Counted from the stretch's first letter, positions 8,838 through 19,521 are shown. The stretch: 64,000 bases of DNA from Patescibacteria group bacterium (GCA_041648895.1 JBAZOB010000002.1:826-64825), one strand, 5' to 3'. A program made the numbers and translations. The notes: generated by a model not told the origin, from the letters alone.

Positions 8838-11672
8838 ATGATTGATAAAATTACCATCAAAGGGGCCAGGGAACACAATTTAAAGAATATTGATATCGAA
8901 ATTCCCAAAAACAAGTTAGTGGTTATCACCGGTCTATCCGGTTCCGGCAAATCTTCTTTAGCTTTTGACACCATCTATGCCGAAGGCCAAAGAAGATATG
9001 TAGAATCCCTGTCCGCCTACGCTCGCCAGTTTTTAGGCATCATGGAAAAGCCCGACGTTGACAAGATTGAAGGCTTGTCCCCGGCCATTTCCATCGATCA
9101 AAAATCCGCCTCTTCCAACCCTCGTTCCACTGTTGGCACCATTACGGAGATATACGACTATCTCCGTTTGTTATTTGCCCGAGTAGGGGAGCCGCATTGT
9201 CCGCAGTGTGGTCAACCCATTTCCTCGCAGACTATCAGTCAAATCGCCGATCAGGTATTGCAAATTCCCGCCAAAACCAAAATCGTTATTTTGGCGCCAT
9301 TGGTCATCGCTCAAAAAGGAGAGCATAAAAATACATTAGCGGAAATAAAAAAAGCCGGCTTTGTCCGTGTCCGCATCAATGGTGATATTTTAGACATCAA
9401 CGAAACCATTGTTTTAGATAAGCAAAAAAAACATACCATCGAAATCGTCGTTGATCGTTTGATTATTGATAAAAAAAATCTAGATTTTCGCACCCGACTG
9501 GTTGAATCACTAGAAACCGCTCTCAACTATGGTAATGGTCTGGTTAATGTATTATTGCTTGATAAAAATGAAATTCAAACTTTTTCGGAGCGCTTTGCCT
9601 GTCCGACTTGTGGCATCAATCTTCCCGAAATAAACCCGCGTATTTTTTCTTTCAACAATCCCCAGGGTGCCTGCCCTGGTTGTACCGGTTTAGGCACTCG
9701 CTTGGAAGTTGATACCGACCTGATCTTCCCTAATCCAAAATTAACTATCGCCGAAGGCGGCATTGGCCCCTGGAGCAAAACTTCCGGCCAGCAAAACTGG
9801 CACATGCGTATTTTGGGGACTGTGGCCGGGGCTCAGGGTTTTAATCTCGACACCCCCATCAATAAATTATCTGATAAAGTGATCGATATTATTCTTCATG
9901 GCACGGGCGACCAGAAATATTTAGTCAAAAATCCCACTCCCTACGGGAAAGTTAAAGAATATGAGACCAATTATGAAGGTGTCATTCCCTCCTTGTTACG
10001 TCAGCATCGAGATACTACCAGCGACTATGTCCGCCAGGAAATTGAAAAATACATGACTATCAAAGTTTGTCCAGTTTGTCAGGGTCGTCGTCTCAAACCC
10101 GAATCTTTGGCCGTGACCATTGCCAAAAAGAATATTATCGAAGTTACCGAAATGGATATCCGTTCCTTGGCCAAGTTTTTTGCGGGGCTAAAGTTAAATG
10201 AACAACAAACTCAAATTGCTCGCCAGATCCTCAAAGAAATCAACGAGCGAATCGGTTTTATGCTCAACGTTGGTTTAAGTTATCTGACCCTGCACCGTAC
10301 CGCCAACACTCTTTCCGGCGGGGAAGCCCAACGTATCCGCCTCGCCACCCAGATAGGTTCTTCCCTGACCGGTGTCATGTATATTCTCGATGAGCCATCC
10401 ATTGGCCTACACCAACGTGATAATAGTAAATTAATCGATACTCTGAAAGCATTACGCGACATTGGTAATTCGATTATTGTCGTCGAACATGACGAAGAAA
10501 CCATGTTGTCCGCCGACCAGTTGATCGATATCGGCCCGGGCGCCGGTACTCGCGGCGGAGAAGTGATTGCCCAAGGTACCCCCGCCGAAATCATGAAAAA
10601 CAAAAATTCTCTCACCGGCCAATATTTATCTGGAAAAAAGAGCATCGCCATCCCCAGTGGTCGGCGTAAATCCACCGGTAAATCGATTGAAATTATCGGC
10701 GCCACTGAACATAATCTACAAAATATTAATGTCAAAATCCCCCTTGGGCAATTTGTTTGTGTCACCGGCGTCTCCGGATCCGGCAAATCGACTCTGATCC
10801 ACAGCATTCTTTCTAAATACTTGGCCAAATACTTTTATCGCGCCAAAGAACGCCCTGGTAAATACAAAGAAATCAAAGGAGTGGCCAATATCGACAAAGT
10901 AGTTACCATTGATCAATCGCCCATTGGTCGTACCCCTCGCTCCAATCCAGCCACCTACACCGGCGCCTTTACCATTATTCGTGATCTATTTGCCAACACT
11001 CCCGAGGCCAAAATGCGCGGCTACAAAACCGGTCGTTTTTCCTTCAATGTCAAAGGTGGTCGCTGTGAAAACTGTCGTGGAGACGGTTCCATCAAAATTG
11101 AAATGCACTTTTTGCCCGATGTCTATATCAAATGTCCCGAATGCCAAGGCAAGCGTTACAACCTGGAGGCGCTGGAAATATTTTACAAAGGTAAAACCAT
11201 TGCCGACGTCCTGGAAATGACCGCCGAAGAGGCCTATACTTTTTTCAAAAACATTCCCGCCCTGGAACGCAAACTCAAAATCCTCAATGATGTTGGTTTG
11301 AGCTACTTACAGCTGGGCCAATCGGCCAATACCCTTTCCGGCGGTGAAGCCCAACGCATCAAACTAGCCTCCGAACTCTCCCGCCGCGCCACTGGCCGCA
11401 CCCTCTACATTCTCGACGAGCCCACCATTGGCCTACACTACGACGATGTGGCCAATCTCCTCAAGGTCCTGGCCCGCTTAATCCGTAAAGGCAACACCAT
11501 TTTGGTCATCGAACACAATCTCGATGTCATCAAAACAGCCGACCACATTATTGACCTTGGTCCCGAAGGCGGCGACCAAGGCGGCCGCATCATCGCCCAA
11601 GGTACTCCCGAAGAAGTGGCCAAAGTCAAAGAGTCCTATACCGGCCAGTATTTGCGGAAGATATTGAAGTAA
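8838..11672 (+). CDS. uvrA: Excinuclease ABC subunit A
   Basis: Two ABC ATPase modules ('[14 protein letters not shown]', '[10 protein letters not shown]', 'LSGGEAQRI' twice) and zinc-finger Cys clusters. Length is 944 aa. Confidence 0.95.
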   Translation: MIDKITIKGAREHNLKNIDIEIPKNKLVVITGLSGSGKSSLAFDTIYAEGQRRYVESLSAYARQFLGIMEKPDVDKIEGLSPAISIDQKSASSNPRSTVGTITEIYDYLRLLFARVGEPHCPQCGQPISSQTISQIADQVLQIPAKTKIVILAPLVIAQKGEHKNTLAEIKKAGFVRVRINGDILDINETIVLDKQKKHTIEIVVDRLIIDKKNLDFRTRLVESLETALNYGNGLVNVLLLDKNEIQTFSERFACPTCGINLPEINPRIFSFNNPQGACPGCTGLGTRLEVDTDLIFPNPKLTIAEGGIGPWSKTSGQQNWHMRILGTVAGAQGFNLDTPINKLSDKVIDIILHGTGDQKYLVKNPTPYGKVKEYETNYEGVIPSLLRQHRDTTSDYVRQEIEKYMTIKVCPVCQGRRLKPESLAVTIAKKNIIEVTEMDIRSLAKFFAGLKLNEQQTQIARQILKEINERIGFMLNVGLSYLTLHRTANTLSGGEAQRIRLATQIGSSLTGVMYILDEPSIGLHQRDNSKLIDTLKALRDIGNSIIVVEHDEETMLSADQLIDIGPGAGTRGGEVIAQGTPAEIMKNKNSLTGQYLSGKKSIAIPSGRRKSTGKSIEIIGATEHNLQNINVKIPLGQFVCVTGVSGSGKSTLIHSILSKYLAKYFYRAKERPGKYKEIKGVANIDKVVTIDQSPIGRTPRSNPATYTGAFTIIRDLFANTPEAKMRGYKTGRFSFNVKGGRCENCRGDGSIKIEMHFLPDVYIKCPECQGKRYNLEALEIFYKGKTIADVLEMTAEEAYTFFKNIPALERKLKILNDVGLSYLQLGQSANTLSGGEAQRIKLASELSRRATGRTLYILDEPTIGLHYDDVANLLKVLARLIRKGNTILVIEHNLDVIKTADHIIDLGPEGGDQGGRIIAQGTPEEVAKVKESYTGQYLRKILK

Positions 11673-11693
11673 TTACCAATGGCAAACTTATCA

Positions 11694-11745
11694 TGTCATC
11701 CTGGACCCTAAGCGAGTCAGCGAGCGCTAGGGATCCAGGACCCCT
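11694..11745. repeat. Palindromic element (TGTCATCC-terminus variant) immediately after the uvrA stop. It may function as a terminator.
   Basis: The sequence is tgtcatcctggaccctaagcgagtcagcgagcgctagggatccaggac. It is related to the element at 6265-6312. Confidence 0.5.
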
Positions 11746-11947
11746 TAACGCCCTTGCCATCTAATAAAATATGTGCTATTCTCAAAAAGTCCTTATTGCC
11801 GGAGATAAGGAATTTTTTTTATTAGAAAGGGGGAAAGTTGTCGTTAAAAACTGAATAAGTAAAAATTCTTCATAAGGGGTTTTCGCTCCGGCCAACTCTT
11901 TGTGAAGATGCTCTTATAAAATAAAAAAACAAGGAGGAATTTTTTTA

Positions 11948-12154
11948 ATGTTACTATCAGATGTTGGGCGAGAAAAATATCTCGCCAAAAAAGCAGAAAA
12001 AAGAAGAAAAAAAGAAGAGGAAAAAAGAAGAAAAGAAGAGGAAAAAAGAAGAACTGATAAGCAGAAAAACGGAAACGGAAAAAAGTTCACTGATCTGGGG
12101 GCATATGGCCTCTGGCGAGGGGACCTTTTAGAAGTTCCTCCTAATAACAATTAA
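11948..12154 (+). CDS. Small highly charged Lys/Glu/Arg-rich protein (68 aa). Low confidence: the ORF lies on a purine-rich tandem DNA repeat.
   Basis: Strong Shine-Dalgarno AAGGAGG 9 nt upstream of the ATG. 'KKAEKRRKKEEEKRRKEEEKRR' is encoded by a tandem gaagaggaaaaaagaagaaaa repeat. A terminator hairpin follows. Confidence 0.3.
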   Translation: MLLSDVGREKYLAKKAEKRRKKEEEKRRKEEEKRRTDKQKNGNGKKFTDLGAYGLWRGDLLEVPPNNN

Positions 12155-12165
12155 TACAAAAAAGA

Positions 12166-12193
12166 TCCCGGGAGCAAAATGTTCCCGGGTTTT
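12166..12193 (+). terminator. Rho-independent terminator-like hairpin (tcccgggagcaaaatgttcccggg + TTTT)
   Basis: GC stem with a T-run, directly after the small ORF. Confidence 0.45.
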
Positions 12194-12319
12194 GTCATAT
12201 TAAATGGTATTTTTTTTCGACATCGATATTCTATCCAAAGCGTATCAAAGCGTGTCAAAGCGTTGAATATTGTTGTCTCGTATGCTAAAATTATCTACGT
12301 CTTTATTATTCTCACTATC

Positions 12320-12407
12320 TGTCATCCCCGCCTTGAGCGGGGAACCCATCATCAAGAATATAATCAGCGCGTTGCATAAGAGATCCCCGCTCAAGGCGGG
12401 GATGACA
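12320..12407. repeat. MITE-like palindromic element (TGTCATCC...GGATGACA family)
   Basis: The sequence runs tgtcatccccgccttgagcggggaacccatcatcaagaa...gcgcgttgcataagagatccccgctcaaggcggggatgaca. Closest relative is the interior of the 2358-2509 copy. Confidence 0.7.
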
Positions 12408-12461
12408 TGAACCTTAGTTAATTAGAACAACTCATTAATTATCTATTAATTATCCGAAGTT

Positions 12462-12791
12462 ATGAAAAGTACACCCGGCGAATCTTTACCAGACAATGGC
12501 GAATCTTTACCAGACAATAAAGAAGGCATTGATTACGATATCGACAACCGATATTCCATTCTAGGCATGCTCATCAGTAAAAAAGAGCCAGCTTCACCCT
12601 ACCTGAACAGTATTAAAGAGGCAATAAGCGGTCAAAACCGCGACTCGGGACCGCTGGAGCCCGACGAGGCTATCAAAGGAATGCTAGAAATGGTTACTGC
12701 TAACAAAAACAGAATATCACTATTGAAAAAAGAAATTGAGTTATTGGAAAAAAACACCAAAGAACTGGAAGATTATATTAGAGATTTCTAA
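12462..12791 (+). CDS. Hypothetical protein (109 aa) with an N-terminal direct repeat GESLPDN x2 and a C-terminal coiled-coil-like region
   Basis: Clean ORF. A 21-nt tandem duplication (ggcgaatctttaccagacaat) lies at the 5' end. Confidence 0.45.
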   Translation: MKSTPGESLPDNGESLPDNKEGIDYDIDNRYSILGMLISKKEPASPYLNSIKEAISGQNRDSGPLEPDEAIKGMLEMVTANKNRISLLKKEIELLEKNTKELEDYIRDF

Positions 12792-12825
12792 AACTACACA
12801 TTAAGATGTTTTTTATCACAAAAAA

Positions 12826-12859
12826 AGAAACCTGTTACTCTAACCGGTTTCTTTTTTTA
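12826..12859. terminator. Bidirectional terminator-like hairpin between convergent genes (agaaacc...ggtttct flanked by A7/T7 runs)
   Basis: 7-bp stem with T-runs on both strands. It sits between the 12462..12791(+) and hpf(-) stops. Confidence 0.4.
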
Positions 12860-12883
12860 TGTCCAATTAAAAACAAAAAACAA

Positions 12884-13426
12884 CTATTTTTTCTCCACAA
12901 TCACCCCATATCTCCCATCCGACTTCTTGTAAACCGTATTTGTCCGGCCAGTTTCGTTGTTGGTAAACACATAAAAATCCTGCTGCAATAAATTCATTTG
13001 TTCTTTGGCTTCATCCAGACTCATCGGTTCCTGCTCAACCTCATATGTATATTCATATTCGCCCTCGGTGTCCACCGGCGGCTGACTTTCCATCTGCCGC
13101 AAATGTTCCTTGCTCTGCCTGGCTTCATCAATAATCTTTTCTTTCAATCCCTTGATTTGCGCTGACATGGCCGCCTCCGCCAAATCAATCGCTTCAAACA
13201 ATTCCTGCCCTCGTTGTCGATCCACTCGAATTTTACGTCCCGGCAGAGAAACCAAGATTTCGCAAGAAAAATCCTTACCGTCGTCCCGTTTATCCTCAAA
13301 CTCCAATTCCACCCGCAAAATAATCACGTTACCAAAATATTTCTCCGCCCGGGCCAACTTTTCTTCCACGTAGGCTCTTACATCTGGCGTCATGTCAAAA
13401 TTGCGCGATGACAAAATAAGCTGCAT
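12884..13426 (-). CDS. hpf: Ribosome hibernation-promoting factor (long form)
   Basis: N-terminus 'MQLILSSRNFDMTPDVRAYVEEKLARAEKYF' is the canonical S30AE/RaiA fold signature. The long C-terminal dimerisation extension is present (180 aa). Confidence 0.85.
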   Translation of the reverse strand: MQLILSSRNFDMTPDVRAYVEEKLARAEKYFGNVIILRVELEFEDKRDDGKDFSCEILVSLPGRKIRVDRQRGQELFEAIDLAEAAMSAQIKGLKEKIIDEARQSKEHLRQMESQPPVDTEGEYEYTYEVEQEPMSLDEAKEQMNLLQQDFYVFTNNETGRTNTVYKKSDGRYGVIVEKK

Positions 13427-13445
13427 GATATACCTCCAATTATAA

Positions 13446-14690
13446 TTAATTGATTATTTTCTTAAAACCGCAATACTCTTGCAAAGCCTTGGGTATGGCC
13501 ACGCTACCATCTGCTTGTTGATAATTTTCCAAGATGGCCAGGGGAAAACGGGAATTAGTCATGGCGGTGCCATTGACGGTGTGGACAAATTTATTTTCAC
13601 CAGCAGCGTTTTTGTATCTGACGTTCATACGCCGCGCCTGATAGTCGGTGGCGTTGGAGGTGCTGGTAATTTCCCGATATTCTCCCAAACTGGGCACCCA
13701 GGCTTCAATATCAAACGATTTGGAGTAGGGGGCACCAATATCACCGGCGCAGATCGCCACCAGTCGATAGGGGATTTCCAATTCCTGCAAAATTTCTTCT
13801 TCAATCGCCAAAAATTCCTGATGCGTGGCTTCGCTCTCTTCCGGCCGAGTAAAAGCAAACATCTCCACTTTGGTAAACTGATGCATCCGATACAAACCTT
13901 TGGCATATTTACCATAGCTACCCGATTCCACGCGGAAACAATGCGATAACCCCACATATTTTTTTGGCAATTCATCTTCAGCCAATATCTCGTCCCGATG
14001 GTACCCAGCCAAGGTAATTTCAGCCGTACCGATCAAACTCAAATCTTGCTTTTCAATACTGTATATCTGGGCTTCATCACCGCGAGGGGCAAACCCGGTA
14101 CTGTGGCAAACCTCATCTTTGGCCATATCCGGCGTTGCCATCAGCGTAAAACCTTTTTTAAATAATTTTTCTAAGGCAAATTTCTGCAAAGCTAAATCCA
14201 GTAGTACTAATTGATTTTTAGCATAATAAAAGGCGCTGCCGGCCACTTTGGCGGCGCGCTCAAAATCGACTAGATCCAAAGCTTCAGCAATCTGTAAATG
14301 GTCCTTGATCTCAAAATCAAAACTTCTCACCTCTCCCACTTGTTTGATTTCCGGATTATCTTTGTCGCTTTTCCCATCCGGCGTATCATCTGACAAAATA
14401 TTGGGCAATTCCCACAATATTTCATCATAAATATGATCAATCTCGGCCAACTTCTTTTCTTCGGTTTCAATTTCTTTCTTGATTGTCTGTAATTTAACAA
14501 TTTCCGCTTGACTAGGTTTTTTCCCGACTTTATTTCTCTCGGCCTTCAATTTATCAATCGCCGTCATCAATTCCCGCTTTTGTTCATCAATCTCCAACAA
14601 ATTGTCAACCGATATCAAATCTTTACCACGTCTCTCTAAACTTTTTTTAACTATTTCCGGATTCTCCCGGATAAATTTTATGTCTAACAT
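13446..14690 (-). CDS. serS: Serine--tRNA ligase
   Basis: N-terminal coiled-coil arm 'MLDIKFIRENPEIVKKSLERRGKD' and class II catalytic core. Length is 414 aa. Confidence 0.9.
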   Translation of the reverse strand: MLDIKFIRENPEIVKKSLERRGKDLISVDNLLEIDEQKRELMTAIDKLKAERNKVGKKPSQAEIVKLQTIKKEIETEEKKLAEIDHIYDEILWELPNILSDDTPDGKSDKDNPEIKQVGEVRSFDFEIKDHLQIAEALDLVDFERAAKVAGSAFYYAKNQLVLLDLALQKFALEKLFKKGFTLMATPDMAKDEVCHSTGFAPRGDEAQIYSIEKQDLSLIGTAEITLAGYHRDEILAEDELPKKYVGLSHCFRVESGSYGKYAKGLYRMHQFTKVEMFAFTRPEESEATHQEFLAIEEEILQELEIPYRLVAICAGDIGAPYSKSFDIEAWVPSLGEYREITSTSNATDYQARRMNVRYKNAAGENKFVHTVNGTAMTNSRFPLAILENYQQADGSVAIPKALQEYCGFKKIIN

Positions 14691-15487
14691 AACATTTGTT
14701 GATTAATCTTCCCAATAATTTTATTATGTATTACCTCATCATTACTGGCCAATATCTGCTTATCATCAAATTTCCACTCCTGCCCTTGCCAATTAGTCAC
14801 TGCCCCGCCGGCTTCCTGGATTAGTAATATCCCTGCCGCTACGTCCCAAATCCGTGCCTTGTCCAATAGGTAGCTATTTAGACGCCCAACCGCCACATAG
14901 GCCAAAGCCAACTCCGCCGAGGCCATTTCTAATTTTACATGATTATTAGGCAAATCGGGAGTATAATCCAAAACATGTTGACAGCGAGTCTGATTAGTAT
15001 AACCGCCAAAAACTGACTTTGTTACTTGATTCTCCGGCCAACCCTCAATTTTCTTATCATTCAGCCACACCCCGTCACCTTTTTGCCCCCAAAACATTTC
15101 TTGGGTAATCGGGTTATAAACCACCCCCAGCAGCAATTGTTGGCCACGAGACAAAGCAATTGAAACACAAAAAAATGGATTATAAAAATAATAATTACTC
15201 GTGCCGTCCAGCGGATCAATTATCCATAAGTAATCATCCGGGTTATCCTCGATACCACTTTCTTCTGCCAAAAAATCATGATCAGGAAAATTATCTCTGA
15301 TCGTTTTTTTAATAATAATTTCGCTATCAATATCGTCCTGCAAATGCAGCCCAGTCTCGTTTCTTTCCAACACCACTCGTTTTTGGTAAAATCTTAATTT
15401 TAATAAATCACCCGCCCGCTTGGCCGCTTCTTTGGCTACCTCCAAATATTTCTTATCGTTTGCTTCCATATAAATATTATAAATCAT
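14684..15487 (-). CDS. Inositol monophosphatase family protein (SuhB/IMPase-like)
   Basis: 'WIIDPLDGTSNY' and 'WDVAAGILLIQEAGG' motifs. 7-nt overlap with the serS start. Confidence 0.75.
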   Translation of the reverse strand: MIYNIYMEANDKKYLEVAKEAAKRAGDLLKLRFYQKRVVLERNETGLHLQDDIDSEIIIKKTIRDNFPDHDFLAEESGIEDNPDDYLWIIDPLDGTSNYYFYNPFFCVSIALSRGQQLLLGVVYNPITQEMFWGQKGDGVWLNDKKIEGWPENQVTKSVFGGYTNQTRCQHVLDYTPDLPNNHVKLEMASAELALAYVAVGRLNSYLLDKARIWDVAAGILLIQEAGGAVTNWQGQEWKFDDKQILASNDEVIHNKIIGKINQQMLC

Positions 15488-15502
15488 TCACCCCTAATTA
15501 AA

Positions 15503-15670
15503 AATTACAAATTTACGAGTGGCGTGAACTAGTTCTAATATCATCCTAATTATTGGTTTATAACCTGTATGAGCGTGCATAAATAATACTGACCTAGCCT
15601 GAGCGAGTTTTATAAACCAATAATTAGGATGATATTAGAACTAGTTCACGCCACTCGTAAATTTGTAATT
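15503..15670. repeat. ~168-bp near-perfect palindrome (family 2) in the divergent intergenic region. It has a conserved asymmetric core, ttggtttataacctgtatgagcg...cctgagcgagttttataaaccaa.
   Basis: The arms acgagtggcgtgaactagttctaatatcatcctaattattgg and its exact reverse complement flank a ~50-nt non-palindromic core. The core is shared with the element at 19503-19682. Confidence 0.7.
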
Positions 15671-15730
15671 ATCCCATTTTTAATCTACAATATATCAACG
15701 TAATAAATATTAAGGACTACGCGTTTATTT

Positions 15731-16945
15731 ATGGAGGTGAATAAAAAGCATAGCTTTTTTGACACGTTTGTCTATGGCAGTATTCTCATACTGTCGACTT
15801 TTGTTGTCTTTTTTTCCACCCCGGCCTCCCTGCCGGCCCAAGCTAGTCAATCCGGTTGTCAGGCCGATAATTGCCTATTTACCACCAGTATTTTACATCG
15901 AGCCACCAAGATGGAAATTGATAATCAAGGTCAATATTCAACTTTTATCACTCGCCAGGAGTTACTCAATGATGGCCTCAAAGAAGCCGGTCTTGACATG
16001 AGTAGCGGTATCGTCAGTAATCCGCATCGCTATACCGAGCTCAATGGGGGAGATATCAAAGTATCAATTGCCGTCGCTATTATCCCCGTCAAAATTATTG
16101 ACCAAAATCGGGCTTACACTGTCACCACCTCCTATTCCACCGTTAAAAATATTCTTTACGCCTGCAATATTGAGCTTAATTCCAAAGATAAAGTCTATCC
16201 CGCTCTCGATACTCTAGTTACAGCCGGCTCCAATATTGTCATTGACCGCGCGGTGTCCGTCGAAATTGCCTATGGGGAAAAAACCTTCAATTTAGCCACT
16301 CAAGCCGACAACGTCTCGGAAGTGATGGCTGAAGCCAAAGAGGAATTAGATTTACCGGCCGAATTAACCAATCACAATCTTGATCATGATGTATATGCCG
16401 GTCAGAAAATCAGTCTGGTCAAAATAGATGAATCAGAAACCACCGAATTTGAAACTATTAAGCCCGAGACCCAATATCAAAATGATTGGGATATGACAGT
16501 CGGGGAAGAGCAAGTTATCTCTTTGGGTGTCGCCGGCGAAATCATGAAAAAGTATCATTTGACCTTAGAAAACGGTGTAGAAATCAGCCGGGAATTAATC
16601 AGTGAAGAAATAACCAGACCATCCGAACCGACCATAATTGCCGTTGGACAAAAACAACCAGCGGTCACCGCTCCCGCTGATAACTATGCCGCCAGCGGTG
16701 GCCAAGTTGGTACCGCCAGCTGGTATTATCATGGCGACGCTCCGGCCGCGGCCCACCGTGATTTTCCCCGCGGCACCAATTTGCTTGTCACCAATAACTC
16801 CACCGGCGCTTCAGTTGTAGTCGTCGTCAACGATTATGGCCCGGCCCTCTGGACCGGCCGCGTCATTGACCTCAATTCCGTCGCCTTCGCCGCCATCGCC
16901 CCACTAGGACAGGGTTTAGTCGAAGTGACGGTCACACCTTTATAA
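15731..16945 (+). CDS. Secreted G5-domain and 3D (RlpA-like double-psi beta-barrel) domain protein. YabE/Rpf-like peptidoglycan-binding or lytic protein.
   Basis: Signal/TM anchor at the N-terminus, a G5-like segment ('ISLVKIDESETTEFETIKPETQ...IIAVG'), and a C-terminal 'GTASWYYHGDAPAAAHRDFPRGTNLLVTNNSTGASVVVVVNDYGP' region typical of 3D/RlpA domains. Confidence 0.7.
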   Translation: MEVNKKHSFFDTFVYGSILILSTFVVFFSTPASLPAQASQSGCQADNCLFTTSILHRATKMEIDNQGQYSTFITRQELLNDGLKEAGLDMSSGIVSNPHRYTELNGGDIKVSIAVAIIPVKIIDQNRAYTVTTSYSTVKNILYACNIELNSKDKVYPALDTLVTAGSNIVIDRAVSVEIAYGEKTFNLATQADNVSEVMAEAKEELDLPAELTNHNLDHDVYAGQKISLVKIDESETTEFETIKPETQYQNDWDMTVGEEQVISLGVAGEIMKKYHLTLENGVEISRELISEEITRPSEPTIIAVGQKQPAVTAPADNYAASGGQVGTASWYYHGDAPAAAHRDFPRGTNLLVTNNSTGASVVVVVNDYGPALWTGRVIDLNSVAFAAIAPLGQGLVEVTVTPL

Positions 16946-16993
16946 TCAATGAATAATTAATAATGAATGAGTTGTACTAATTAGTCGTTCCCC

Positions 16994-17098
16994 TGTCATC
17001 CCCGACCGGAAGCGGAGCGCTCCGGTTATCGGGGATCTCATCAATAAGACGTTTAACAAAACTTAATGATGAGATCCCCGCTCAAGGCGGGGATGACA
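16994..17098. repeat. MITE-like palindromic element (TGTCATCC...GGATGACA family), >95% identical to the copy at 50662-50766
   Basis: The sequence runs cctgtcatccccgaccggaagcggagcgctccggttatcggggatctcatcaataag...gatgagatccccgctcaaggcggggatgaca. It is flanked by partially inverted gagttgtactaattag / ttaattagcacaactcat sequences. Confidence 0.75.
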
Positions 17099-17160
17099 TG
17101 AGGGAGATGTTTAATTAGCACAACTCATTCATTATTAATTATTCATTATTAATTATTTAC

Positions 17161-17928
17161 GTGCCCAAATTTTCCCAAAATTTTTTAATTGACACACGAG
17201 TGCTGCCAAAAATGATTCAGGCAGCTTCTTTAAATAAAGATGACGTCGTCATTGAAATCGGGCCGGGTAGGGGAGTCTTGACTAAAAAATTATGCGCCGT
17301 GGCCAAACAAGTTATCGCCATAGAAATTGATGCCACTTTAGCCCCCAAACTGCAAGATATACAAAACGAATATTCCAATTTGAAAATTATCTATGGTGAT
17401 TTTACTACATTTAATTGGCGATCATTGGTAGTCGGTAACAATTTCAAAATTTTAGCCAATATCCCCTATCATATTTCCGGCTTGATTATTCGCACAATAT
17501 TTGACACTGATCAAAAACTGCCCACCGACGTTGTTCTGATGATGCAATATGAAGTCGTCAAAAAGATAGTCACCAAACCTGATGATCGGACTGTCCTTTC
17601 TAACTTAATCGAATTGTTCGGTCAGCCCAAAATAGTGGCTAAAGTCGATAAAAAGTCCTTCCGTCCCACTCCAAAAGTTGACTCCGCCGTTGTCGCTATC
17701 AATAATATCAAAAAGCCCAATGTAGACGATTTTGATCAATTCTTCCGTATTATCAAAATTGGCTTTTCCCAGCGCCGCAAGACCATTCTTAATAATCTTT
17801 CGCACGGTCTAAAAATCGACAAAACAACAACCCGAGAATTATTATCACAAGCCAATATTGATCCAACTCGCCGCGCCCAGACCCTTTCCCTGGAGGAATG
17901 GAAAAGGTTATACTTATACATTAGATAA
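17161..17928 (+). CDS. rsmA: 16S rRNA (adenine1518/1519-N6)-dimethyltransferase
   Basis: 'FSQNFLID' (GQNFL motif), SAM-binding 'VIEIGPGRGVLT', GTG start, 255 aa. Confidence 0.85.
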   Translation: MPKFSQNFLIDTRVLPKMIQAASLNKDDVVIEIGPGRGVLTKKLCAVAKQVIAIEIDATLAPKLQDIQNEYSNLKIIYGDFTTFNWRSLVVGNNFKILANIPYHISGLIIRTIFDTDQKLPTDVVLMMQYEVVKKIVTKPDDRTVLSNLIELFGQPKIVAKVDKKSFRPTPKVDSAVVAINNIKKPNVDDFDQFFRIIKIGFSQRRKTILNNLSHGLKIDKTTTRELLSQANIDPTRRAQTLSLEEWKRLYLYIR

Positions 17929-17964
17929 TTTAAAATTTTAAATTTAAAATTTAAAATTTTATAT

Positions 17965-19521
17965 ATGAATAAATTCTACATCACTACTTCCATTGTCTAT
18001 GCCACCACCAAGCCCCACGTCGGGTTTGCCATGGAATTGTTTCAAGCTGACGCTATTGCCCGCCTGCATCGCCTGTATGGGCACGATGTTTTTTTCTTAA
18101 GTGGCACTGACGAAAACGGCTTAAAAAATTATCGGAAGGCCAAAGAGTTGGGCATTAGTCCTCAAGAGCATGTTGATGAAGTGAGTAAATTAGTGAAGGA
18201 TTTTGCTGATAGTCACCAAGTATCACTGACCGATTTCATCCGCACCACTGATCAAAAGCGACATTGGCCGGCCGCCCAAAAACTTTGGCAAATATTGTGC
18301 GACAAGAATTTGATAGAAAAAAAGAAATACTCCGGTCTCTATTGTGTGGGTTGCGAAAAATTTATGAAAGAAACTGAGCTTGATGCCGCCGGGAACTGTC
18401 CGCTCCATCACCAGAAACCCGAACCGCAATCCGTTGAAAACTATTTTTTCAAACTGTCACAATTTTCCGAAACCATCTACCAGAAGATAAAAAACAACGA
18501 AATAAATATCATACCCGGTCCTCGTCGTAATGAAATTTTACAAGTCATCGAAAATGGTTTGGAAGACGTCAGTTTCTCCCGTGAAAAATCTCAATTACCT
18601 TGGGGGATACCGGTTCCCAATGATCCGGAACACGTCATGTACGTCTGGTGTGATGCTTTGACTAACTATATTTCCGCCCTGGGATATGCTACCAATGATG
18701 ATAAATTTCAGCACTATTGGCCGGCCGATGTTCATTTTATCGGTAAGGACATTATCCGTTTTCACGCCGGTATTTGGCCCGGCATGCTCTTGGCGGCCGA
18801 CTTACCTTTGCCAAAAAACATTCTCGTCCATGGCTTTATTCATTCCGGCGGTCAGCGCATGAGCAAAACTACCGGCAACGTCATTGATCCCGTGGAAATA
18901 TCAACCAAATACGGCCCCGAAGCGCTGCGCCTTATACTACTCAAAGAAATTCCCACCTTCGGCGATGGCGATCTAACCATGGACAGAATTGGTGAAATAT
19001 ATCACAGCGAATTAGCTAATAAACTGGGGAATCTTGTCTCCCGAGTAATTGCCATGAATAATAAATATTTTGCCGGCCAAATTCCGGCGGGTAATTACGA
19101 TCAAATAATCAATTTTAGTCTTCCCGACCCCCGCCAATATCTGGAAGGCCAAAACAAATTTGGTCAAATTGATAAATATCTACATTCAACCTGGGAGATT
19201 ATTGAAGCCGCCAATCAATTTGTTGACCACCAAAAACCCTGGGAATTGGCCAAAAACCCCGATCAAACCCAACTCACAACCGTAATACTTAATCTTCTCG
19301 AAACCATTCGCCTCATCGCCATGCTCCTTGAACCAATTTCTCCCCATACTTCTCAAAAAATCCTGGCCGCTATTAATCAAGATTATATCGACAGTAGTCA
19401 CCATCAAACCGATCCCGATAAATATCATCAATTATTACAATGGGGCGGCCTCAAACAACAAGTTAGCATTAAATTAGATCAACCACTATTTCCCCGTCTG
19501 GAATTAGAAATTAGAAATTAA
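17965..19521 (+). CDS. metG: Methionine--tRNA ligase
   Basis: Class I aaRS with a KMSKS-like 'KMSKTTGNVIDP', a zinc knuckle 'CVGCEKF...CPLHH', and an anticodon-binding helical domain. Length is 518 aa. Confidence 0.9.
   Translation: MNKFYITTSIVYATTKPHVGFAMELFQADAIARLHRLYGHDVFFLSGTDENGLKNYRKAKELGISPQEHVDEVSKLVKDFADSHQVSLTDFIRTTDQKRHWPAAQKLWQILCDKNLIEKKKYSGLYCVGCEKFMKETELDAAGNCPLHHQKPEPQSVENYFFKLSQFSETIYQKIKNNEINIIPGPRRNEILQVIENGLEDVSFSREKSQLPWGIPVPNDPEHVMYVWCDALTNYISALGYATNDDKFQHYWPADVHFIGKDIIRFHAGIWPGMLLAADLPLPKNILVHGFIHSGGQRMSKTTGNVIDPVEISTKYGPEALRLILLKEIPTFGDGDLTMDRIGEIYHSELANKLGNLVSRVIAMNNKYFAGQIPAGNYDQIINFSLPDPRQYLEGQNKFGQIDKYLHSTWEIIEAANQFVDHQKPWELAKNPDQTQLTTVILNLLETIRLIAMLLEPISPHTSQKILAAINQDYIDSSHHQTDPDKYHQLLQWGGLKQQVSIKLDQPLFPRLELEIRN

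Noticed and set aside
9311-11629. Multiple antisense or out-of-frame ORFs (e.g. 9311-9526, 9575-9805, 10280-10828, 10716-10916, 10909-11220, 11438-11629)
   Set aside because: All lie within the unambiguous uvrA coding region. They are typical shadow ORFs of a long gene.
13479-13975. Plus-strand 156-aa and minus-strand 116-aa ORFs
   Set aside because: Both are embedded in serS. The Arg/Gly/Pro-rich composition is typical of a wrong-frame translation of a real gene.
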